Positions 9,875 through 21,179 are shown, numbered from the stretch's first letter. The stretch: DNA of 64,000 bases from an uncultured Planctomycetaceae bacterium (GCA_963815195.1 CAWFGE010000013.1:128001-192000), one strand, 5' to 3'. Made by a program: numbers and translations. The notes: a model not told the origin generated them from the letters alone.

Positions 9875-9975
9875 GTCAATCCGCTTTCTGTTTTGGAGGA
9901 ATGTCAACGCTTCATGGAATCCTGCCTCCCCTTTGTGGCCTTTGCTCCTTTGTGGCCTTTGTGGCCTTCTGAAAA

Positions 9976-10700
9976 TCACTTCTTCCGGGCCGAAACTTTC
10001 GCCACCTGCACGCCTTGGTTGCCGGTGAGTTCGAAGATGTTCCACAGGGTCTGGGCTTCGGGGCCGTATTGGCCGTTTTTGAAGGGGACGCCGATGGTGA
10101 TCACGTCCTCGCGGGTGATGGATCGGCGTGCGGCGCGTTCGACTTCCAGGGAACTCTTCCGGCTGCCGATGGCCAGGATGCGAAACGGCCCGGCCACTTT
10201 GGACGCGGCTTCCGCGGCGGTGGGGGCGGACTTGGCGGTCTGGGCGGAGGCAACGTACCGCGGCGCGAAGAAAAACACCTGGTCGCCGGGCTGGTAGTTT
10301 TCCGAAACAAAGGTGCGGGAATCGACGGGAACTTCCACCGCGACTTCGTCTTCGCCGATCATCTCGGCCGTGTCCTTCTGGACGGGCGTGCTAAGTTCCT
10401 GTTGCAAGAGCAACTCGCCGCCGCGGTAGCTTCGCGTCGCCCGCTGGCCGATGACGGTCATGCGGTCTTTCCACTGGATCGCGACGCGGCTGAGGTCCTC
10501 CGCGTAGCTCCGGGGGATGGCGACGGCGGTGAAGTCCGATTCCTGCAAGCGGTCGCCCAGGTTGATTTGGGCGTCGGGGCTGATCATCACGAAATCGACT
10601 TTTTCAAACCCCGCGGCCTGGCGATGCAGATACAGCCAATTGCAAAGCGCTCCACCACGCCCAACGCGACCGCCGCCGCCAATCCCAACGTGCCCTTCAT
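9976..10700 (-). CDS. cpaB: Flp pilus assembly protein CpaB/RcpC-like, SAF domain (frameshift near 10650)
   Basis: N-terminal TM MKGTLGLAAAVALGV; SAF-like INLGDRL..VIGQRATRSYRGGELL; YQPGDQV; upstream of tadA. Confidence 0.7.
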
Positions 10701-10913
10701 CGGCTGTTCCTGTGAAAAACTCTGGTGGATTTCCATTCTCCATGATGGCTGGAAGGCGAACATTTCGCCAGGAGTGCCTGAGATTTTCCCGGAGAATGTG
10801 ACGGATCGGCGGAATTTTCTAAGAGTTCTCCCCAATCTTGGATCGGATGAGGCCGATAAGATAAGCATCGTGACGAAAGTTTGCCGGGTTTCTCGGTGCG
10901 AGGAGATTCATCG

Positions 10914-11180
10914 ATGAGCGAAACGATTCGTCAAGGCACGCCGCATTTTCTCCTTACGACGGAGGGGGAATTGCACGGCCGGGACACGGGAGAGAACCGC
11001 GAAATCGTCCGCCGCATCCATGCGTGCGTGCATGCCTGCGAGGGCATTTCCACCGAGGAGTTGGAAAAGGGCATCGTCGCCGACATGCGCCGCGTGCTCG
11101 AGGAAGTCGTCCCGGTGCTCCAGCACAACAACCGCCAGGCCGCCTTGGAACGCTCGAAGAGCCGAAAGATCGAACGTTGA
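10914..11180 (+). CDS. hypothetical protein (88 aa)
   Basis: GAGGAG RBS before ATG 10914; normal codon usage. Confidence 0.65.
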   Translation: MSETIRQGTPHFLLTTEGELHGRDTGENREIVRRIHACVHACEGISTEELEKGIVADMRRVLEEVVPVLQHNNRQAALERSKSRKIER

Positions 11181-11271
11181 AAAACGGCTGGTGGCCATTT
11201 CGTGTGATTTGCCAAGTTTGAATCGGTTGGGCTTCGACGTATCTTTGAGTGCGCATTTTTTCTCGCGGAAC

Positions 11272-12750
11272 CTATGCCACGATGTCTTGGATAACGTGGC
11301 CGTGGACATCGGTCAGACGGCGGTCGATGCCGTTGTGGCGAAACGTGAGCCGCGTGTGATCGATCCCGAGCAGGTGCAGGATTGTGGCGTGGATGTCATA
11401 GCAGTAAGTGGGATGCTCGGGATCGGCGGGTTTGTAGGACCATTCGTCGCTCGGCCCGTAAGTGACGCCGCCCTTGATCCCGCCGCCTGCCAGCCAATTC
11501 GTGAAGGCGGACGGGTTGTGGTCGCGGCCGAGGTTTCCCTGGGAGCAGGGCATCCGTCCGAACTCCGTGGTCCAAAGGATGAGCGTGTCCTCGAGCATTC
11601 CCCGCTGTTTGAGGTCTTTGATCAGCGCTGAGGCACCGCGGGCCATTCCGCGGCCGAGCGGCCAATGATCGCGGGCCAAATCCTCGTGCGAATCCCAGTT
11701 TCGCCGCGGGAAACCGTTGTCGGCACCGCTCCAAATCTGCACGAACCGCACGCCGCGTTCCAGCAGCCGGCGGGCGACGAGGCAGTTTCGTCCAAACAAG
11801 CGGGTTTCTTCTCCCTCGTTCATCGGCCCGTCGGTCTTTGCATCGGGGACATCGAGGCCGTACAGAACGTGGATGTGTTTTGGCTCTTCGGAGAGGTCGA
11901 GCACTTCGGGGGCGCTGAGCTGCATCCTCGCGGCCAATTCATAGCTTTGAATCCGCGCTTCGAGCCGCGAGTCCCCCTCTCGCTGTTTTGCGTGAAGCCG
12001 GTTGATCGCATCGAGCGATCGAAGCACATCCCCTTCGCTTGTTCGGGTGATCGGCGCGTCTTTCGGCGGGAACAGATCGGCGATGGGATTTTCCGCATGC
12101 GGGCGGATCATTGTTCCCTGGTGCCCGGCGGGCAAAAATGCGGAAGCCCAGTTGTTCGGGCCGTTCGGAGCAAACCCGCGGGCGTCGGGGAGGACGACAA
12201 AGGTTGGAAGGTTCTCGCTCAGACTGCCGAGGCCATAACTGATCCAGGCCCCCATGCTGGGAAAACCCGGCAGAATGAATCCCGTCGCCTGCATGAACGT
12301 CGCCGGGCCGTGGACGTTCGACTTGCTGACCATGTTATGCACGAACGCCATGTCATCGACGCAGGCACTGAGCGGGGCGACAGAGTCGTTGATCCATTTG
12401 CCGCTTTCGCCGAATTGTTTCCAGTCCCAAGGGGCCTTCTTGGTCTTGCCGGGAGTGGACTGAAACAGTTCCACGTTTTCGCCTGGATCCCAAGGCCGGC
12501 CGTGGTCTCGGATGAGCCTGGGCTTGTAATCGAAGGTGTCGCATTGGCTGGCCGCCCCGGACATATAAAGCTGCACGACCCGCTTGGCTTTCGCGGGGTG
12601 ATGCGGAGCGAACCCCTCGGCGAGAAGCTGATCTCGACCGAGCAGCGCGGCGAGCGCGATCCCGCCCAATCCGCCGCCGGCCCGCCAGAGAAATTCGCGC
12701 CGGGACCGAGATGACGGCTGGGGCCTTGAAGCATGTCGAACGCTGTGCAT
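11272..12750 (-). CDS. DUF1501 domain protein (Tat signal)
   Basis: SRREFL Tat motif, AKAKRVVQLYMSG, DTFDYKP, RRLLERGVRFVQ, WDSH, EFGRMP, GRDHN. Confidence 0.92.
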   Translation of the reverse strand: MHSVRHASRPQPSSRSRREFLWRAGGGLGGIALAALLGRDQLLAEGFAPHHPAKAKRVVQLYMSGAASQCDTFDYKPRLIRDHGRPWDPGENVELFQSTPGKTKKAPWDWKQFGESGKWINDSVAPLSACVDDMAFVHNMVSKSNVHGPATFMQATGFILPGFPSMGAWISYGLGSLSENLPTFVVLPDARGFAPNGPNNWASAFLPAGHQGTMIRPHAENPIADLFPPKDAPITRTSEGDVLRSLDAINRLHAKQREGDSRLEARIQSYELAARMQLSAPEVLDLSEEPKHIHVLYGLDVPDAKTDGPMNEGEETRLFGRNCLVARRLLERGVRFVQIWSGADNGFPRRNWDSHEDLARDHWPLGRGMARGASALIKDLKQRGMLEDTLILWTTEFGRMPCSQGNLGRDHNPSAFTNWLAGGGIKGGVTYGPSDEWSYKPADPEHPTYCYDIHATILHLLGIDHTRLTFRHNGIDRRLTDVHGHVIQDIVA

Positions 12751-12777
12751 GGGAATGTTTTTCCTTTAGGCCACTCT

Positions 12778-15746
12778 TCAATCGACGAACAGAAATTCGT
12801 TGGTGTTGAAGATCAGTCGGCAGACATTGACCAGGCCGTGTTCCTCGGCCAACGGAACGAGTGCGGCGAGTTCTTCCGCGCTCGGATCCCGCTGGAAAGC
12901 GATTCGCCAAACGGCCCGCACCTGCGACGGGGCATCGCTCGCAGCGGCCCGGCCTCGGCGGGCGAAATGCTCGGCCATGCGGACCATCAACTTGTTGTTC
13001 AGCAGCGCGAGGGCCTGAAGCGGCGTCAGCGTTTCGCTCCGGCGGGCGACGATCAAGGAGGGATCGGCACAATCGAGCACGGTCATAAACGGGTCCGGGA
13101 CCGAGCGGACGGTAAACCGATAGATCGAACGCCGCTGCGAGGCGGGGTCGTCCGGATCGTGTTCGCGATACGTGTAATGCGGCGAGTGATCGTTTTTGAA
13201 GCCGAAGCTCCGATAACCGGGGCCGCCCATTTCGCGGCGCAGCTTGCCCGCGGCGGAGAGCACGGCATCGCGAATCGCCTCGGCTTCCAGACGTTTTCGA
13301 TTCATTCGCCACAGGAACCGGTTTCCCGCGTCGATCCGCGCGTGGGCCGGGTTGTCAGCCGAGGCTTGCCGATACGTCGCGCTGGTCACAATCATCCGAT
13401 GCAGATCCTTGATCGATTGGCCGCGATCGCGAAAATCGACGGCCAGCCAATCGAGGAGTTCGGGATGCGTGGGTGCCTGGCCCATCCGCCCGAAATCGTT
13501 CGGCGTCTCGACGATTCCCCGGCCGAAGTGATGGGACCAGATGCGGTTGACGATCGACCGCCAAGTGAGCGGATTTCGCGAATCAACAATCCACTCGGCG
13601 AGTGCAGCCCGGCGCGCCGACTCATCCTGCGTTGGTTCCGGCGAAAATCGCGATGGGAGCTTCGGAACGCAGCCGACCGTTCCGGGGCCGATTTCATAAA
13701 GCGGACTTTTCTCATCGCCCCGCCCCAGCACGAAAATCGGCCGAGGCTGACCTTGAGTGGGCACGAAGTTGCCCTGTCCGGCGAACGTTGTGGCCGCGGC
13801 ATAGACCATCGACTGCGGCGGCAAGGCTTTGAGCCGGTCCGCGGTTTTCTCAAGAGCCGATTCAGCGTCCGCCAACTCCCGGCGCGTTTCCTCGTCCACA
13901 GACTGTTCGAGAAGAGCATCCCGCTGATCTTTCAGGCGTTTTAACTCGGCGACGATTTCTTGCTTCTCGGCTCCGCGATAGATGCCGTCCACCAGATTCG
14001 TTTTCCCCCACCGCACCGGGGCTTCGATGGAATCGAGCGCCGAGACTTTGGCACCCACCGCGAGATTCTTTCCCTGGGCGCGAGCACTTTCAGCTCCGCG
14101 AGGGCGAAGATGTAATCCTTTCGGCGCTCGCGAAGCCTGGTCGCGGTCAGCCGGACATAGCGGGCCGATTTCCCCTGGAGGGAAAAGGTCTGCGGAACCA
14201 CGCCGGGATTCGGAACATCTTCCAAAGCTTTGTCGGCCACGACGGCCACGCGTTTTTGAAACTCGGCATCGTCCGAAATCTCCAGCTTGTAACGCACAGG
14301 AAAACCAAACCCCGCCCCAATGCCCGCGAAATCGTCATAGGCCGCGACCAAAGTAATCTCCCCGATGGGCAGAGATTTTCCGAGATCGACCTGGACCCAC
14401 TTCGCGTGGTCCGGTCCCGGCATGATCTGGCTGTGATAACCGTATTCCGGGCGCGGCGCGGCGGTGGCTTGCTTCGTCAGCTCCGCGAGCCGTCGATCGA
14501 TGGCCCGTAATTTGGGACCGGCCCGTTTCTGAATCCTTTCCTCGATCGCCGACTTCCGGCTCGCGAACTTCCGCTGGATTTCCTGGAGCGATTGCCGGCG
14601 GGATGCGACTTCCGGATCCTCATCGTACGGCCGGTCGGCCCGATCGACGGCGGCGAAAACGGCTTGCAGTCTGTAGTAATCCTCTTGAGTGATGGGGTCG
14701 AACTTGTGATCGTGGCAGCGGGCACAGTGGACCGTCAGGCTGACAAACGTGTTCATCGTCACCGAGACCATGTCGTCGCGGTCGATGTTCCTGACGCGCT
14801 TCTTTTCCAGTGTGCCATTCTTGACTTCGATCTGCCCCACATAGTCGAACGGCCCCGCAGCGATGAAACCCAACCCCAGGGTTCCGTCGGCCGTTCCCGG
14901 ATAAAACGCATCCCCGGCGAGCTGCTCCTTAACGAACCGGCTGTACGGCTTATCTTCGTTCAGCGAGCGAATGACATAATCGCGGTAAGGCCAGGCGTGC
15001 GGACGAACTTTATCCTTGTCATAACCGTGCGTATCGCCGTAGTGCACCGCATCGAGCCAATGCCTGGCCCAGCGCTGGCCGTATTGGGGCGAATCGAGCA
15101 AACGGTCGACCAACCGCTCGTAAGCCTGGGGATCCTCATCCCGCGCGAATCGCTCCACGTCCTCGAAGGACGGGGGCAGTCCGGTCAAATCGAAAGAGAC
15201 CCTGCGGATCAAAGTTCGCCGGTCCGCTTCGGGGGAAGGCGTCATGCCCATTTCCCGCAGCTTCTCGAACACGAAAAGATCGATCGGCGCTCTTGCCCAG
15301 CCTTGGCCTTCGGCAGTGAGGTCCGGCAAACGCGGACGCGCGAGCGCTCGAAGCGACCACCAATTCAACGGATCGAATTTCAGCACGAGGTTGTCGGGCC
15401 ATGCCGCTCCCTCTTTGATCCACTTCCGCAGGCGGGCAATTTCCTGCTTCGTGAGTCGCTCGCCCGATTTTGGCATCCGGGGTTTTTCGCCGGCGATCAC
15501 CTTGAGGAGATCGCTTTCATCGGGCTTGCCCGGCACGACCAGCCAGCCCTCGCCCCGCCCTTCGACTACCGTGGATTCCGACGTAAGATCCACATCGCCT
15601 TTTGCCCCTTTGCCCTGATGGCAGCGGAGGCAGTGCCGCTCCAGAATGGGTGCGACGTGCCGCCGAAACGAGTCCTCACCCCCGGCAAGAACGGAGGAAA
15701 CGAGCCACAACGAGAGGACCGCGATCTTTCCTGCATTGAAACTCAT
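12778..15746 (-). CDS. PSD1 and planctomycete cytochrome c domain protein (DUF1549/DUF1553, F5/8-type insert; frameshift near 14075)
   Basis: CLRCH, RRTLIRRVSFDLTGLPP, CARCHDHKFDP, NPLTWRSIVNRIW, PTHPELLDWLA, TPLQALALLN; paired with DUF1501. Confidence 0.9.
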
Positions 15747-16252
15747 GGCGATCTTTCATCCGTCGGAATCGGCGGCACCTTGCGCAGTATTTCTTGAGCA
15801 ACGGCTCGATCTCATTCTCCAATGAATATCGTGGACGCCGCGACGGCCAGAACCGCCGCGGCACGAAAAATCAAAATCTTCACGTCAAATGCCGATTTGG
15901 AAAAACAGTGAGTGACAGGCGACAGTTACAGCCAAACGCCGCGGGGAATGATGGGAAGTTCCCATCAGCCGTTGGAATACAAAGTATAATCGATTCACCC
16001 CCGTTTTGCAGAGGTCGGCGGCGTGATGAAATCCCCAATTCCCACCCGCCCGCCATTGACGAACCGACCAAAACGGCACCGGGACCGCTTTGATCGCCGA
16101 TTTGCAGAATTGAATATGATAGGATTTTGCGGGATGTGACCGTTGAATGGCTCCCCGATGGTGTCGAGAATGTTCCCTATGACTCCATGCAGCTCTCGCC
16201 ACGTTGCAAGATTTCTGGTTCGCCGTTTGAGTTTTTGAGGATGTTTCTCCAC

Positions 16253-18037
16253 ATGAAATCCCGACTCGTTGTTTGTGTCTTCTTGAGCCTTCCATCTCCG
16301 CTCATTGCCCAAGGCGATGCCCCCATGAATTCCGCGTTTGAAGAGTTAGCCAAGACGTATGTGGACGAGTTTCCGGCCCTGTCTCCCGTGTCAGCGACGC
16401 AGTTGGGAGATCATCGGTTCGATGCGGAACTCGATGAGGTTTCCGCCAAGGGCCGGGACCGCGAGTTGGCGTTCTGCCAAAACGACTTGAAGCGGCTCGC
16501 GGGGATCGACCGCGAAAAACTTTCGCGGCCGAACCAGGTGGATTTCGCCCTCTTGGAACAGCGGTTGCAAAAGCGGATCTGGGAACTGGAAACACTCGAA
16601 GAGTGGGCGTGGAATCCGCTGCTTTATACGGAACTCGCCGGGAGCGGGATCTATCATTTGATGGCCCGCGAGTTTGCCCCGCCGAGAGATCGATTGCTTC
16701 ACGTCACGGCCCGGCTCAAAAAACTGCCCCGGTTTTTGGAGCAGGTTCGCGGCACGCTGGTTGTCAAGCGGGTGCCGAGGATTCACGCCGAAACCGCGAT
16801 CAAGCAGAACAAGGGCATCCTGGGCATCTTGGAAAACATGGTCCGCCCGCAACTTGAGAAACTATCCAAGACCGAGCAAGAGGAACTCACCCAAGCGATG
16901 CGTGGCGCGGAATCGGCGATTGAGGAACATCAAACCTGGCTGGAGGACACTTTGCTGCCGGGGGCGAAGGGAGATTTTCGCTTGGGGCCCAAGCTGTACG
17001 ATCAAAAGCTGCGGTTCGCGCTGGGGACGCCGCTGTCGCGGGAGGACGTTCGCGGCCTCGCCGAGCGGGAACTCGGGCGGGTGCGGGCGGAGATGTATGA
17101 ACTCGCGAAGAAGGTGTATGTGGAGCAGTATCCGCTCACGCGGTTTCCCGAGACGCCTTCGCCGGAGTATCGGCAGGCGATTATCCGCGCGGCTCTCGAA
17201 CGGGCGGCGCGCGAAATCCCGCCCGCGGACGGCATCGTCGCGGCGGCGCAACATTCGATGAAGATTACGACGGATTTCGTGCGGGAGAAAAACCTGATGA
17301 CGCTTCCCGAATCGGCGGTGGAGATCATCATTATGCCGGAGTTTCAGCGCGGGGTTTCGGTGGCGTATTGCGATTCGCCGGGGCCGTTGGAGTCGGGCGA
17401 GAAGACGTTCTACGCCGTGGCTCCGCTCCCGAGCGATTGGACGGCCGAGCAGGCGAAGTCGTTTTTGCGGGAATACAATCTGCGGTCGATCCACAACCTG
17501 ACCGTGCACGAAGCCATGCCCGGCCATTACGTGCAGTTGGCCCATTCCAACGACTACCCCGGCAAGCTGCGGGCGGTGTGCGGGTCGGGCACGTACATCG
17601 AAGGCTGGGCCTGCTATACCGAGCAGATGGTCTCCGAGGAAGGTTTTCTGGACGGCGACCCCTTGATGCGATTGGTCACGCTCAAGTGGTATCTGCGGAC
17701 GATTTCCAATGCGATTTTGGACCAGGCGATCCATGTGGACGGCATTCGCCGGCCGGAGGCGATGCGGTTGATGATGGAGGATACGTTTCAGGAAGAACGC
17801 GAAGCCGCGGGCAAATGGGTGCGGGCGCAACTCACCTCCGCTCAGCTTGCGACCTATTTCGTGGGCTATCAGGAACACCGCGAAATGCGGCGGGCGGCCG
17901 AGGCGAAATGGAAAGACGAGTTCAGCCTTCATCGATACCACGATGCCGTGCTGTCCTTCGGCTCGCCGCCAGTGCAATATGTGCGGGCGCTGTTGTTGGA
18001 AGAAGCGATTCCCAGCGGTCACTTGCCCTCAAAATAA
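16253..18037 (+). CDS. DUF885 family secreted protein
   Basis: Signal peptide, SATQLGDHRFD, HEAMPGHYVQ, YIEGWACYTE, QLATYFVG. Confidence 0.9.
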   Translation: MKSRLVVCVFLSLPSPLIAQGDAPMNSAFEELAKTYVDEFPALSPVSATQLGDHRFDAELDEVSAKGRDRELAFCQNDLKRLAGIDREKLSRPNQVDFALLEQRLQKRIWELETLEEWAWNPLLYTELAGSGIYHLMAREFAPPRDRLLHVTARLKKLPRFLEQVRGTLVVKRVPRIHAETAIKQNKGILGILENMVRPQLEKLSKTEQEELTQAMRGAESAIEEHQTWLEDTLLPGAKGDFRLGPKLYDQKLRFALGTPLSREDVRGLAERELGRVRAEMYELAKKVYVEQYPLTRFPETPSPEYRQAIIRAALERAAREIPPADGIVAAAQHSMKITTDFVREKNLMTLPESAVEIIIMPEFQRGVSVAYCDSPGPLESGEKTFYAVAPLPSDWTAEQAKSFLREYNLRSIHNLTVHEAMPGHYVQLAHSNDYPGKLRAVCGSGTYIEGWACYTEQMVSEEGFLDGDPLMRLVTLKWYLRTISNAILDQAIHVDGIRRPEAMRLMMEDTFQEEREAAGKWVRAQLTSAQLATYFVGYQEHREMRRAAEAKWKDEFSLHRYHDAVLSFGSPPVQYVRALLLEEAIPSGHLPSK

Positions 18038-18194
18038 GGGGAGCTTCTGCTCTCCCACGGTTGGCGGCGATTCATTATCATCCGGCGATCCGCTGGCCCG
18101 GCAGCAAACCGGCGGTGGGAATCGATAACAATTCCACGTGATCAGCCGACTTACGCCGGCCGCTCGCCATGACAACTCTCAAGGAGCCTCTTCC

Positions 18195-19158
18195 GTGATC
18201 GACCGACGCGACCTGATCCATGTGGGAGAAGGCTTTTTGATGGGAGGGGCCGACATCATCCCCGGCGTCTCCGGCGGGACCGTGGCTTTGATCTTGGGGA
18301 TCTACGAGCGGCTGGTCGGCGCGATCAGCCATGTGGATCTGACGTTCCTCGGGCATCTCCGCCGGCGGGAATGGCTCGCCGCCGCCCGGCACATCGATCT
18401 CTTGTTTCTGGTGCTGTTGGGCAGCGGGATCGCTTCGGGGATCGTGCTGCTCGCGAGCCTGATGCATTGGCTGTTGGAGAACGAACTTCAGCACACATTC
18501 GCCGCGTTCTTCGGGATGATCCTCGCGTCCAGCTACATCGTGTTCCGGATGATCAACCGCGGCGGCGTGGATATCGTGCTCGCGGTGATTGCCGGGGCCG
18601 TCGGGGCGTATTGGCTCGTGGGTTTACCCTTTTTGGAAAACCCGCCGATCAGCCCTTTGTACATTTTCGCCTGCGGGGCGATCGCCATCTGCGCGATGAT
18701 TCTGCCCGGCATCAGCGGCTCGTTTATATTGTTGCTCTTGGGGGCTTACTCCGTCATCACGGGGACGCTCCGGCAGTGCATCAAGGGGAACGTCACCGAA
18801 GACGCCTGGCTGCTTTTGTTTTTCGCGGCGGGGGCGGGGATCGGATTGATCGGATTCACCAAGTTTCTCAAGTGGCTTTTAAGCCGGCACGAAGCCCCGA
18901 CGATGGCGGTCCTCTGCGGATTTATGCTCGGTTCGCTCCGCAAGATCTGGCCTTACAAAATCGTGCTCAATCCCGATGCGACCGAGTTCAAAGATCGATT
19001 GTTCGGAAAACATCGCCCCCAATTTCGGCGATCCGAACGATTGGCTCTCGCTGGGCATTATGGTCATCGCGGGCGGCGCGGTGCTGCTGTTGGAGTTCCT
19101 CGCCCAACATCGCCCTTCGCCAGAAGCGGGCGCCGAGACCTTCAACAAAGCGGCTTGA
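18195..19158 (+). CDS. DUF368 membrane protein (putative undecaprenyl-phosphate translocase; frameshift near 19005)
   Basis: GFLMGGADIIPGVSGGTVALILGIYERL and AMILPGISGS repeats. Confidence 0.88.
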
Positions 19159-19419
19159 GCCCGGCGCATCACTTTTGATCTTCGGACCGCTTTTTCCCTG
19201 GGCTCATTTTCGGTCTGTTAGTCTCACGGTCTCAAATAAACTCGTGTGAGACGGCCAGACGGCGACTTGGCTACATCAGTCGTTCCAAATTACGGAAAAA
19301 GGACCGAAGGTCCGTCCCTATGTCAGCCCGGCGCGATGCCGGCGTTGCCTGAGGCTACGGTGAAATATGGCCTTCGGCCAAAGGAAATTCCACCCACAAC
19401 AATGACTCCGACACCGTGA

Positions 19420-20384
19420 TCACGGGAGCGGTTCGATATTGAGGGCGTGGGATTTGTGGAACTCGGCGAGTTCTTTGGCGGTGAAGACGCCCGTGCTTGC
19501 CCCGGCGGCGCGGACACAGCTTGCGCCAAGCCGCTGCCCAGGCGGAGGCAAGTTTCCCAATCGGCGTCCGCCAACAGGCCATGAATGAAGCCCGCCGCGA
19601 ACGCGTCGCCGCTGCCCGTGCCGTCGATGTAGTCGATGGAATACGCGCCCGCTTTGAGGCGCGCGGTTTCGCCGATTAAGACCGCGCCCTGTTCGCCGCT
19701 GGTGACGACGACCGTTTTCGCACCGGCCTGCCTGAACCGCTCGGCCTGGGCCACGGGATCGGCCAGTCCGGTGATGGCCTGGGCTTCATCGCTGTTTGGG
19801 AGAAACACATCCGTAAAAGGCAGCACCGGAACCAGACGGTCCCAGGCGGCGGTCGCATCGGCGAGCACCACGTCCAGCACGGTGGCCACGCCCGCGGTTC
19901 GCGCGGCTTGAAAGGCGCGGGCCACGTTGCCGGGCGCGAGTTCTTCGCAAAGACAGTAGCCCCCCAGGTAAAAGACCCGCCCGGCGGCGACGACCTCGTC
20001 CGTCAGTTCTTCGCCTGTGAACGCGGCACTTGCTCCGACCGCATGAATAAACCGGCGGTCTTCGCCTTGGCAATTGATGACGAACGTCCCGCTGGTCGCG
20101 TGCGCGGGCGAACGCCGGAGGTGCGTGCAGGACACGCCGGCCTCCGTCAGCGTCTTTTGGACGAAATCGCCAAACACATCCTGGCCCACGACGCCCACGA
20201 GTTCCACATTTCGGCCCAGACGGGCGAGGTCGGTGGCGACGTTGGTCGCGTTGCCTCCGGTCGTCAAATCCATGCGGGGCGTGAGCACCAATTCGCCGGG
20301 CCGGGGCATTCGCGGGACGGGCTCGCACACATGGTCGGCCACGATGATGCCGGCACACACACAGTCGCAGCGGGGAACAGTCAT
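19420..20384 (-). CDS. PfkB family carbohydrate kinase (frameshift near 19530)
   Basis: GGNATNVA, GVVGQDVFG, FLPNSDEA, DGTGSGDAFAAGF; corrected C-terminus FTAKELAEFHKSHALNIEPLP*. Confidence 0.88.
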
Positions 20385-20974
20385 GGCTGGGAATCAGGCG
20401 GATGGGACACGGGGGCGCGTTCGATCTCCCGGCCGGCGACTTTCATGTCGGCCATGTCGGGGCCGCCTTCCGCGGGGGAAGCCCCTTGCATCGGCGGCAG
20501 ATGACTCAACAGCCACCGCATCAGCGGATAGGTCGCGAGGCTGCAAATGGAAGCGACGATCAACGAGCCGAGAATCAACGGCGTCCCGATGGTGACGAAC
20601 AGCCCCAAAACGGTATGCCACCACTCGGCGAAGCCGTGGTATTCGAGGATGCGGGAGAAGTCGTCCCGGCTCACGTCCCCGGCGACGAACCAGGTTCCCA
20701 CCTGGTAATCGAGCCAATAGATGGGGAGCGTGGTCAAGGGGTTCGAGACGTAAACGGTTAAGAGCGCCGCGGCCCGGTTGAAGTAAAACAACCGGGACGT
20801 GAGCACCGCCAGGAGGAGCACAAGGATCATCTGGATGCCCACGGTGGGCGTCATGCCGATGAACATCCCCACGGTTACGCCGAGGGCTTTGGAATGGTCG
20901 GTGTCTTCGAGCGCAAGGATCTGCGAGAGCAGCGTCCGCGGAGTGCGCCAAAGCCAACGGATCCAGTCCCACAT
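20381..20974 (-). CDS. DUF2062 family membrane protein
   Basis: DTDHSKALGVTVGMFIGMTPTVGIQ, VSNPLT. Confidence 0.85.
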   Translation of the reverse strand: MWDWIRWLWRTPRTLLSQILALEDTDHSKALGVTVGMFIGMTPTVGIQMILVLLLAVLTSRLFYFNRAAALLTVYVSNPLTTLPIYWLDYQVGTWFVAGDVSRDDFSRILEYHGFAEWWHTVLGLFVTIGTPLILGSLIVASICSLATYPLMRWLLSHLPPMQGASPAEGGPDMADMKVAGREIERAPVSHPPDSQP

Positions 20975-21179
20975 ATTGGAGAGTACCATTCCGAACTCAA
21001 TGCCTGAGTCAATTGTCGTATCGCCTCTCCCCTCATGGAAGAGGATCTGCAGAATTTTTGGCCCCTCTGGGTTCCCGGAGGGATTGGTCCCCTCAATTGT
21101 TGGGCGACACGGGTGAAGGGGCCGCTCGGGAACTCGCTTTCCATCCGGAGTTCCTTTGTCTGGAGCATCGGAACGGCCG

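Larger units (their letters stand above)
8940..9969. repeat. tandem duplication (~494/513 bp units) of a four-helix-bundle gene cassette bounded by inverted arms of AAAGGCCAC-like 9-mers
   Basis: Near-identical units; offset 494 at the left end and 513 at the right end; arms at 8941-8987, 9411-9430, 9435-9481, 9924-9969. Confidence 0.9.

Noticed and set aside
8940..9969. DGR (Avd-like gene) or CRISPR array
   Set aside because: No reverse transcriptase, no TR/VR pair and no unique spacers or cas genes; the repeats are inverted arms and whole-gene duplicates.
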